A DNA stretch of 26,227 bases from a virus (lineage: Duplodnaviria; Caudoviricetes): IMG/VR virus record IMGVR_UViG_3300036860_000191, positions 1 through 26,227 of that record, one strand, 5' to 3'. The translations under genes and the position numbers were made by a program. Positions 1-6,662 of this stretch are shown here, piece by piece. Below the pieces are notes generated by a model that searched no databases, was not told the DNA's origin, and saw only the letters and a list, made by a program, of their open reading frames with translations. Each line of letters begins with the position of its first letter. The first letter of the stretch is position 1.

Positions 1-16
1 CTTTAAAACCCCCTAT

Positions 17-108
<92 letters not shown>

Positions 109-214
109 GATGTCGCAGAAACTTATTAAGGCAAATGGACCCCTTGAATGTTTAGGGGAGGGGGGGCGTCGAGGCGTAAGTGCTGATGCTGCTATGGGTT
201 AGGCGTGTTTGACG

Positions 215-269
215 ACTCCCCATCTAATGCCCATCCAATGCCCATCAAATCCCCAATGAATCCCCAACG
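215..269 (+). repeat. Five tandem 11-bp repeats (consensus AAT[GC]CCCAWCN)
   Basis: Contiguous units with an exact 11-nt period: ACTCCCCATCT, AATGCCCATCC, AATGCCCATCA, AATCCCCAATG, AATCCCCAACG. Confidence 0.8.
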
Positions 270-292
270 AGAGGCTAAAATAAAACTTAATA

Positions 293-315
293 CTTATTAT
301 GTAGTGGATGACCCT
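293..315 (+). repeat. 23-bp dispersed direct repeat, copy 1
   Basis: CTTATTATGTAGTGGATGACCCT matches 1813-1835 at 20/23 positions, with an exact 13-nt core ATGTAGTGGATGA. Confidence 0.8.
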
Positions 316-368
316 GGTATGCTTGGCATGGGTTTTGAGTATCCCGTTTGCCTTATCTTCGCCCCTTC

Positions 369-381
369 TAAGCCCTTGATA
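369..381 (-). promoter_or_regulatory. IHF-consensus binding site
   Basis: The minus strand reads TATCAAGGGCTTA, an exact match to WATCAANNNNTTR. It lies about 30 bp upstream of the sigma54 -24 element at 411. Confidence 0.55.
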
Positions 382-409
382 ATGCAGGACATAGGTAGGG
401 TTGTAGGGA

Positions 410-424
410 TGGCATGAATATTGC
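410..424 (+). promoter_or_regulatory. Sigma54 (RpoN) -24/-12 promoter motif
   Basis: TGGCATGAATATTGC has GG-N10-GC spacing with TGGCA and TTGC flanks, in non-coding DNA. Confidence 0.6.
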
Positions 425-610
425 CGGCCCCGGAGCCATTCGCCCCTGGGTCCATAAAGATTGAATCATCTTCCCCAAATCATTTATCACTATGATTGTT
501 ACCAATAACCCACTAATGTTGAGTCGGTCTCCACTTTAGTGGACAGTGTATAAGAAACCACCAAAGGGAATCTTTTCCGAAAACAAAATACCAGTTCTAG
601 AATTTATTTT

Positions 611-625
611 TGGTACGGCAATTGC
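611..625 (+). promoter_or_regulatory. Sigma54 (RpoN) -24/-12 promoter motif
   Basis: TGGTACGGCAATTGC(T) has GG-N10-GC spacing, is preceded by an AT-rich tract, and ends about 80 bp upstream of the ORF at 708. Confidence 0.6.
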
Positions 626-707
626 TTTCTATTGACTTTGGTCTGCTCCAGGTGTATATTGTAGATGGTGCGAGAACGATCAAGTCCAGCTGGAAGGGGA
701 ATGAAGG

Positions 708-908
708 ATGGCAATACCAGACAAGGTAGAGAGTAAACTCAGGGCTCAAGCAACCATCATCCATTCCGCACTGGATGATATCAAGCGGATCGTGGTTCCT
801 GATGACAGCGACCATTACGTTTCACATATCTCCGTCTCTCGGGACATCCGCGGAACACTTCGAGTCTCTTACAAGTGCAGTTTGGTAATCCCCTATAACA
901 TACAGTAA
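708..908 (+). CDS. Hypothetical protein, 66 aa (first gene of the GC-rich operon)
   Basis: ATG preceded by purine-rich GGAAGGGGAATGAAGG. Packed 11 nt upstream of the next ORF. Confidence 0.6.
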   Translation: MAIPDKVESKLRAQATIIHSALDDIKRIVVPDDSDHYVSHISVSRDIRGTLRVSYKCSLVIPYNIQ

Positions 909-919
909 GGAAAAGAAAA

Positions 920-1090
920 ATGAACCTCACGCAATCGACAGCCTACGCCGTGCGAGACATCATCAAGGAAGCCATCAACCAGCTAAAGGATAGCTGGGAC
1001 GGAGACGAGTCGGTCTACACCATCGAAGTCAAGCGGATTGATGACCCGGACTTGTATGTGTTTCTCGCAAACAAAAGCCTTGACATCTAA
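920..1090 (+). CDS. Hypothetical protein, 56 aa (not in the ORF track)
   Basis: Translates as MNLTQSTAYAVRDIIKEAINQLKDSWDGDESVYTIEVKRIDDPDLYVFLANKSLDI. TAAGGA RBS at 906-911, and C/G-ending codons like its neighbours. Confidence 0.7.
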   Translation: MNLTQSTAYAVRDIIKEAINQLKDSWDGDESVYTIEVKRIDDPDLYVFLANKSLDI

Positions 1091-1148
1091 GCCGTTCTGT
1101 GAGACACTAAGACCCTAACGACGCACCTAACAGAAGAGGATAGAAACC

Positions 1149-1550
1149 ATGGCAACGGAAACCGTCGTCAAGCCCGAGCCGACCAAGACGAAGAACGAGA
1201 TTCCTGATCCTTCCAGCTGGTCCAACGTCTCGGGAACGAAACTCCAGGAACGGGACTTCTACAGCGGAACGCCCAAGAGCGGCGAAGTCTATTCCTACAG
1301 GGAAGTCGCAATCCAGGACGGCCAGTCGATCAAGCCTTCCGAGCTGACGAAGCTTTTCGGGTTCAACGAATCCGATCACGTGAACGCCATCTTGGCTTTC
1401 GAGAATGATCGCCGGAAGGTCACAGCTCGATCCGCCGGAGTCGTGGAACGCAAGGCGAAGGATCCCAACCAAGTCGATCTCGCCCTTGCCATTCTCGCGG
1501 CCGCCCAGGGAAAGACCTTGGCCGAAGTCAAGGCAATGCTCGGCGTCTAA
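1149..1550 (+). CDS. Hypothetical protein, 133 aa, strongly biased GC3 codons
   Basis: AGAGGA RBS. Codons almost always end in C or G (AAG, GTC, ATC, GCC). Followed by a terminator. Confidence 0.85.
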   Translation: MATETVVKPEPTKTKNEIPDPSSWSNVSGTKLQERDFYSGTPKSGEVYSYREVAIQDGQSIKPSELTKLFGFNESDHVNAILAFENDRRKVTARSAGVVERKAKDPNQVDLALAILAAAQGKTLAEVKAMLGV

Positions 1551-1566
1551 TCCGTAACCTAAAGGG

Positions 1567-1603
1567 AAAGGCCAATGCTCGCTTAGGTTGGCCTTTTCTT
1601 TTT
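1567..1603 (+). terminator. Intrinsic terminator, possibly bidirectional
   Basis: Stem AAAGGCCAA (1567-1575)/TTGGCCTTT (1588-1596) followed by TCTTTTT, with a purine-rich 5' flank. Confidence 0.8.
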
Positions 1604-1746
1604 CCTTCCAGCCTACTATACAACATACTATACCAGGGTTTAGTATACTTCTTTGTATACCCCTATGGGATCTTTTACGGGTCCCATTTTTTCGCAGGTA
1701 GCCGAAGGCTAGTACTTCCATACCGTCTCTCTCAAAATTCTTTTTC

Positions 1747-1810
1747 TTTTAACCCATCTTATTTTAACAATCCTTTTTTCTTTTTAACAATCCTTTTCTT
1801 TTTAAAAATC
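1747..1810 (+). repeat. Four degenerate TTTTAA(C/A)AATC repeats in a T-rich tract
   Basis: Copies at 1747 (TTTTAACCCATC), 1762 and 1782 (TTTTAACAATC) and 1800 (TTTTAAAAATC), separated by T/C runs. Confidence 0.7.
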
Positions 1811-1812
1811 TC

Positions 1813-1835
1813 CTTACGATGTAGTGGATGAGCCT
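1813..1835 (+). repeat. 23-bp dispersed direct repeat, copy 2
   Basis: CTTACGATGTAGTGGATGAGCCT matches 293-315 at 20/23 positions and ends 1 nt before the -35 hexamer. Confidence 0.8.
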
Positions 1836-1836
1836 C

Positions 1837-1865
1837 TTGACGTTGGAGGGTTATGGCGCTATATT
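1837..1865 (+). promoter_or_regulatory. Sigma70-type promoter of the packaging/structural operon
   Basis: TTGACG-N17-TATATT, then AGGAGAGG (RBS, 1872-1879) and ATG at 1890. Confidence 0.75.
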
Positions 1866-1889
1866 TTCCACAGGAGAGGTTGTTGAGTC

Positions 1890-2483
1890 ATGGGTCTAAG
1901 TTTATTAATCAGTGAAGAAGAATTAAAAGAAAGAATGGAGAAATCTGCCATAATCTATAAAAGAATGGGAAAGGGAGGTTTGCTGAGGGTTGATAGGGGT
2001 GGATACAATAATGGAAGAGGGAATGGTAATCTAGGAAAAGCTCAGTTTGTTAGGGAGTTGATTGCCGCGGATGCCAAACAATATGGAATTTCAAAAGCTG
2101 CTGAGAGCTGGGATTGCTCTTTAACAAGTGCATATTCATATAAAGATGGTAGAAATGGGACCCATACAAAGAAGGGTTCCAATGAGGAAACTGTTAAGAA
2201 ATCCGAGGAAATCTTAAAAGATAGACAGGTTAAGATTATTGAGTCCACAACATTAAAACTGATGGAAGTCATGGAATCCATGAATGTAAAACTTATATCA
2301 TCTGATCCTCTCAAACAAAGTATCCTCGCAAAGAATTTAGCAACCGTGGCTGAAAAGATGAATAACAATGGTGGGAATAGAGATGATGGAGTTACATTCA
2401 TTGTTCATGTTCCCAAGCTGAGAAAAGTAGAAGATTTCGGAGAAGCGGTAAGAGTTATTGAAGCTGAGGTTATCAAGGGATAA
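1890..2483 (+). CDS. Probable terminase small subunit
   Basis: First gene of the packaging operon. It has an HTH-like segment (GISKAAESWDCSLTSAYSY), a helical middle and a C-terminal beta strand (VTFIVHVP), as in TerS architecture. Inferred from synteny. Confidence 0.55.
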   Translation: MGLSLLISEEELKERMEKSAIIYKRMGKGGLLRVDRGGYNNGRGNGNLGKAQFVRELIAADAKQYGISKAAESWDCSLTSAYSYKDGRNGTHTKKGSNEETVKKSEEILKDRQVKIIESTTLKLMEVMESMNVKLISSDPLKQSILAKNLATVAEKMNNNGGNRDDGVTFIVHVPKLRKVEDFGEAVRVIEAEVIKG

Positions 2484-2623
2484 TGAGTATTAAAATACTA
2501 ATGAGGCCAATCTGTTGGGTGAGAGGTCATAAATATTTTACATCAAGTCATGGACCTTATCCATCCGTTACAGTAATCTATACATGCAATAGATGTTTTA
2601 AGGTTAAAGAAGAAAATGTTTAG
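2483..2623 (+). CDS. Small Cys/His zinc-binding protein, 46 aa (DUF1660-like pattern)
   Basis: MSIKILMRPICWVRGHKYF...YTCNRCFKVKEENV shows a C-x3-GH ... CxRC pattern. TAATG overlap with the upstream stop. Confidence 0.65.
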   Translation: MSIKILMRPICWVRGHKYFTSSHGPYPSVTVIYTCNRCFKVKEENV

Positions 2624-2699
2624 TAAGATTTGGAAGTTCATTAGAGAGAAGATATTACCAATGGCGATGAGAGAATACATTGATAAAAAGACCAAGTGA
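2616..2699 (+). CDS. 27-aa cationic amphipathic peptide
   Basis: MFSKIWKFIREKILPMAMREYIDKKTK. It overlaps the upstream ORF end, has a GTGA overlap with the next ORF, and fills the gap exactly. Confidence 0.55.
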   Translation: MFSKIWKFIREKILPMAMREYIDKKTK

Positions 2700-3139
2700 A
2701 AGTAAAGGATCATGCAAATGTAATCGTCTTATCCATGATGGGTGTTGGATTAACAACACTCGCCTTTTACTTACCAATCAAGCAATGGGGGCTGTTGATA
2801 GGAATATGCGCAGGATTAATCATAACAAGCATAATAATATACGAAGCTTGGGCAATCACTAATGAATATCCAGGAGATACATTAAGTGAAGCATTATGGA
2901 GATTATCCAGTCGTCCAATTGTACCTTGGTTATTCGGTGGTGCGAGTGAATGGCTTATTCTTAGTCATACGTTAACTGATCCACATTTGATCGCGGCATG
3001 GTTCTTCTTACAAGGACATTTCTTCTTCCAGGCGCAGAAAGAAAAAGAGAAACTAGATATGAAGGATCAGGTAGATGTAGCTAAGACTGGAATATTAAAG
3101 ATCAGCGGTGAAGCATTACAGTTAGTTCCAGTGGATTAG
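2696..3139 (+). CDS. Multi-pass membrane protein (holin-like candidate)
   Basis: Three to four hydrophobic segments and a charged C-terminal tail. Confidence 0.7.
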   Translation: MKVKDHANVIVLSMMGVGLTTLAFYLPIKQWGLLIGICAGLIITSIIIYEAWAITNEYPGDTLSEALWRLSSRPIVPWLFGGASEWLILSHTLTDPHLIAAWFFLQGHFFFQAQKEKEKLDMKDQVDVAKTGILKISGEALQLVPVD

Positions 3140-3148
3140 GAGTTTGTG

Positions 3149-3271
3149 ATGGCTTTTGCTTTAAGAGTTGCAGCAGCAATCCTTTTCGCAATTGGAGTTC
3201 ATGAGGGAAGTATAAGACTAACAAATGCAGGTTTGTGTTGCTTTGCAATTAGCTTTGCATTGACACGTTAA
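3149..3271 (+). CDS. 40-aa two-helix membrane peptide (not in the ORF track)
   Basis: MAFALRVAAAILFAIGVHEGSIRLTNAGLCCFAISFALTR. GGAG RBS at 3139-3142. Ends 1 nt before the next ATG. Confidence 0.65.
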   Translation: MAFALRVAAAILFAIGVHEGSIRLTNAGLCCFAISFALTR

Positions 3272-3272
3272 A

Positions 3273-3611
3273 ATGATCGCTGCCTTAATCCTATTCTTAT
3301 CAACGTTAGCCGAAGTACACAACAAGTCTATTCCATCCTCAAACGTCGTTGTAAGCCTAAGAATAGCTGAGTTGAATGGTGCAGTTAAAACGACTTGCCT
3401 GAAAGACCCCAATGGTAATAAATCGTATCTCATTGAGATTAGCTTATTCGGTTTAAGCCGAACGGATAATGAGATAAAGCATATGGCAGTCCATGAACTT
3501 TGTCATATCATGCTACCTGAACATAATAAGATCCTATGTAGTTTAGGTGGTAATTTAGATAAGATGGAATGGGAAGCTGATCGCTGTGCATTCTCCCTTT
3601 TATCCAAATGA
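3273..3611 (+). CDS. Signal-peptide-bearing minimal zincin metallopeptidase
   Basis: Hydrophobic N-terminus MIAALILFLSTLA, HELCH (HEXXH) motif, and a downstream EWEAD third-ligand motif as in gluzincins (M48/ImmA-IrrE type). Confidence 0.75.
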   Translation: MIAALILFLSTLAEVHNKSIPSSNVVVSLRIAELNGAVKTTCLKDPNGNKSYLIEISLFGLSRTDNEIKHMAVHELCHIMLPEHNKILCSLGGNLDKMEWEADRCAFSLLSK

Positions 3612-5269
3612 CAATCGAAGTTTCCAGTGAGTTAAAGCCGAACTCTAAACAACAGGAAGTATTCCTGGGTTTGCCTGCGGGAGAGAATGGATTCTGGGAA
3701 GCATTCTATGGAGGTGAAGCTGGTTCAGGTAAAACATTCTCCATAGTAACATTACCTCTCTTCCTAAGATGTCATGACATTTTCGGATTCCGCGCAACGA
3801 TCTATCGTCGTTCATTCCCTCAAATCAATGAAAGCTTAGTACCAGAAAGCCGGAAATGGTATGGCAAATTCGGCTTCAGATACAATGAGTCGGATCACGT
3901 TTGGAAACACCCAAGAACGAAAGCTGAAATAGCCTTCGGATTCATCGAGCATGAGAAGGATGTTTTCAAACATGATTCTGCTCAATACCATTACCTAGCA
4001 TTTGAGGAACTAACTCAATTTACTGAGTTTATGTATAAGTATCTCCTTCATCGTAATCGTTCTGATATAGCTGGATGGGATGCAATATGCCGCTCAGTGG
4101 GTACCCCAGGAGATATAGGAAATACCTGGGTTAAAAAACGTTTCGTATATCCATGCCGCGAGGGAATGAAACCCATTGAATACTCCCTCCCCAATGGTAA
4201 GATTGGGCGTAGAATATTCATCAAAGCCCGTAGGGATGATAACATTGATCTCATTAAGAATGATCCCTCATATGGTGATCGTTTAGAATTACTGCCATCG
4301 GAAGCATTGAAGAGGGCGAAGAAATATGGTGATTGGGATGCATTCCAAGGTCAGGTATTTACTGAATTTCGTACATATCATCATCCTGATGAACCAGACA
4401 ATGCAATCCACGTAGTACAACCATATGAGATTCCAGATTGGTGGCCTAAACTAATAGCAATAGATTGGGGATATCTTCATAATACATGGGTTGGTTGGGG
4501 TGCCGTATCTCCATCCGGTAAGTTAGTTATATACCGGGAGTATGCAGTTAATCAGACTAAGATTAAGGTATGGGGTCCGCATGTAAAAAGATTGAGTTCT
4601 GATGATGGAAATATACGTAGGATTGTGGGGGATCCGTCTGGATTTCGTAACATTGGTCTTGAAAGAACAATAGCAGACCAAATGATGGAGGCCACAGATT
4701 GGGTTATTGAAGAAGCTGACAATGATCGAATCGGTGGCAAAATGCTTCTCCATGAATTAATGCGATGGGAAAAAGCCCCTCCATCATTGAATGCAAAAGA
4801 AGGCTTCGACCCAGAATATGCTAGTAGATTGATGAGAATGAAGGGTGATGAAGCCTATCATGAATATTGCATTCAATATATGCCTGAGGAGGTTAATGAA
4901 TCTCTACCTAAGTTGGAGATATTCGATAATTGCCAGATGTTAATAGACAGTTTGATGACAGTAACATATAATAATAAAAGCAAGAGTTCCAATATCAATG
5001 AAGAGGATGTTAAGAAGGTAGATGGTGATGATCCATATGATGGCCTTAGATATTTAGCTAAGGCATATGAGAGATTTATAGGGATGTCAGGGGATGAGTA
5101 TGGTAGAAGGTTAGAGGTTCAAGGTGCCATTGATAAGCTTCTCAAGAGTGGTGATTATTATGCATTCAATAATCAAATGGATGAGATTGAAGCTCTTCAA
5201 GAGAGTAGATCAAACCGCGGATATGGAAAGTATAAGAGAATCAGGAGACACTCAAGCGTTGTCCATTAA
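3608..5269 (+). CDS. terL: Terminase large subunit
   Basis: Q motif (PNSKQ), Walker A GGEAGSGKT, Walker B LAFEE, coupling motif (VGTPG), and RNase H-type nuclease residues IAIDWG and DDPYDGLRY. Confidence 0.95.
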   Translation: MTIEVSSELKPNSKQQEVFLGLPAGENGFWEAFYGGEAGSGKTFSIVTLPLFLRCHDIFGFRATIYRRSFPQINESLVPESRKWYGKFGFRYNESDHVWKHPRTKAEIAFGFIEHEKDVFKHDSAQYHYLAFEELTQFTEFMYKYLLHRNRSDIAGWDAICRSVGTPGDIGNTWVKKRFVYPCREGMKPIEYSLPNGKIGRRIFIKARRDDNIDLIKNDPSYGDRLELLPSEALKRAKKYGDWDAFQGQVFTEFRTYHHPDEPDNAIHVVQPYEIPDWWPKLIAIDWGYLHNTWVGWGAVSPSGKLVIYREYAVNQTKIKVWGPHVKRLSSDDGNIRRIVGDPSGFRNIGLERTIADQMMEATDWVIEEADNDRIGGKMLLHELMRWEKAPPSLNAKEGFDPEYASRLMRMKGDEAYHEYCIQYMPEEVNESLPKLEIFDNCQMLIDSLMTVTYNNKSKSSNINEEDVKKVDGDDPYDGLRYLAKAYERFIGMSGDEYGRRLEVQGAIDKLLKSGDYYAFNNQMDEIEALQESRSNRGYGKYKRIRRHSSVVH

Positions 5270-5540
5270 CTTCTTACTGTACGATACTATCGAAACTCTT
5301 AAGGGTAGAATAAAAGCATTGGAAGATGAAAATCTCTGGCTGCGGATTCAGGTTGATAAATTGACGGGGAAGCTATCTAATATTGATGGCTCTTTTCCAG
5401 TTAATATCAATAAGGAAGATATGACTCCAATAAGTGGTATTGAATTGCCATCAGAGAGAAAATCTCGTTTAGCAAAAGAATCATTGGCAAGGTTGAAGGA
5501 TAAAAGAGAAAAGGCATTAGAAGAGAAAGAGAATGTCTGA
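5160..5540 (+). CDS. Coiled-coil hypothetical protein (start 5160 or 5223)
   Basis: Heptad segment IETLKGRIKALEDENLWLRIQVDKL. Overlaps the TerL 3' end and the next ORF start. Confidence 0.7.
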   Translation: MHSIIKWMRLKLFKRVDQTADMESIRESGDTQALSINFLLYDTIETLKGRIKALEDENLWLRIQVDKLTGKLSNIDGSFPVNINKEDMTPISGIELPSERKSRLAKESLARLKDKREKALEEKENV

Positions 5541-5919
5541 TCCGGGATGGACTTTTACTTCTCTTAAACATTATATCATATCCCTCCTGAATGAGAGAGA
5601 TAAACGATATGAACAGAGATTTAGAGCACAACAAGAAGCTATTTCTAAAACTGAAAAAGCATCTGAGTTAAGGTTTCAAAGTGTTAATGAATTTCGTAAT
5701 ACTTTAGCAGATCAAGCAAAGAGTTTTGCTAGTTCAGAGGCTTTAAATAATCTCAGGGATAGAGTGGATAAATTGGAAAATATACTCAGTGCACTTAAGG
5801 GTGAGGATTCTGGTGGATTAAGTTTAAAGAATGAGAGCAGAGCTAATATCTCAATCTTGATAGCTGTGATGTCTGCAATAATTGGCATAGTAGTTTTCTT
5901 AATGAGGTTTGCTAAATGA
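5533..5919 (+). CDS. Coiled-coil protein with a C-terminal transmembrane anchor
   Basis: Long heptad region followed by ISILIAVMSAIIGIVVFLM, a topology seen in XhlA/holin-associated phage proteins. Confidence 0.75.
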   Translation: MSDPGWTFTSLKHYIISLLNERDKRYEQRFRAQQEAISKTEKASELRFQSVNEFRNTLADQAKSFASSEALNNLRDRVDKLENILSALKGEDSGGLSLKNESRANISILIAVMSAIIGIVVFLMRFAK

Positions 5920-6662
5920 ACATCCCTGTCTCTGCCTCTGCCTTTATCATAACAGTATTACTGATAGGCGCCAAAGATTGTAAAGATATACCATATCCAT
6001 TTCCATCACCAACTCCATTACCAATTCCATCTTGTGTTCCATGCCCTTCACCGACTCCAATCCCAACTCCAGAACCAACTCCATCAATAACTCCTGAACC
6101 TTGTCATTGTTTACCAGAAATGCCTTGTCCTCCTGGTCAAGTTAGGGAATCTCATTTAGGTCCAGGTCCATGTTTCTGTAAGATTTATGGTGTTTGTATT
6201 CCTGATCCAGATGCATCGGCTCCACCATATCCAGATCATTGTCCTAAAATGATTTGTTGGAAACCTCAGAAAACTCTCTTCGATCCAAACAACGTGAAGG
6301 TTGGTGATAAAATAACCATTGATAGCACTGAGTTTTTCGGAGTTTGCCTACCAAGAGGGAGATGTAATGCAGAAGTTAATATTGTATGTGGCGGAAGGCC
6401 ATGTGAAGATCCGCGGGGAGTAAGATGGTATCAAAAATCTGGTCCTGTTATTCCTCAAGATGGAAATAACTGGAAGGTTCATGCGAATGAGAGTGGAGAT
6501 GGAAGTAATGAATATGGGTATCAGTTACAGGTGAAGATCCCTGCCAAAGGAACTTATGTAATCTGCGTATCCATTCTTCCTGATTTGAGAGACGCATTAG
6601 GGAAGCCTGTATCATTTGAACCCGACGCAGGACGTTGTACTGATTTTACTGTAAGTCGATGA
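5916..6662 (+). CDS. Exported Pro/Cys-rich protein, possibly a lipoprotein
   Basis: N-terminal hydrophobic stretch, then Cys22, a PTP linker and 17 Cys in total. ATGA overlaps at both ends. Confidence 0.75.
   Translation: MNIPVSASAFIITVLLIGAKDCKDIPYPFPSPTPLPIPSCVPCPSPTPIPTPEPTPSITPEPCHCLPEMPCPPGQVRESHLGPGPCFCKIYGVCIPDPDASAPPYPDHCPKMICWKPQKTLFDPNNVKVGDKITIDSTEFFGVCLPRGRCNAEVNIVCGGRPCEDPRGVRWYQKSGPVIPQDGNNWKVHANESGDGSNEYGYQLQVKIPAKGTYVICVSILPDLRDALGKPVSFEPDAGRCTDFTVSR

Noticed and set aside
205-417. 70-aa ORF at the left end
   Set aside because: It is made of the 11-bp repeats and regulatory motifs, has a GTG start without a clear RBS, and the repeat period is not a multiple of 3.
1107-1721. 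204-aa minus-strand ORF
   Set aside because: Antisense shadow of the GC3-biased 1149-1550 gene. It runs through the terminator and has no RBS.
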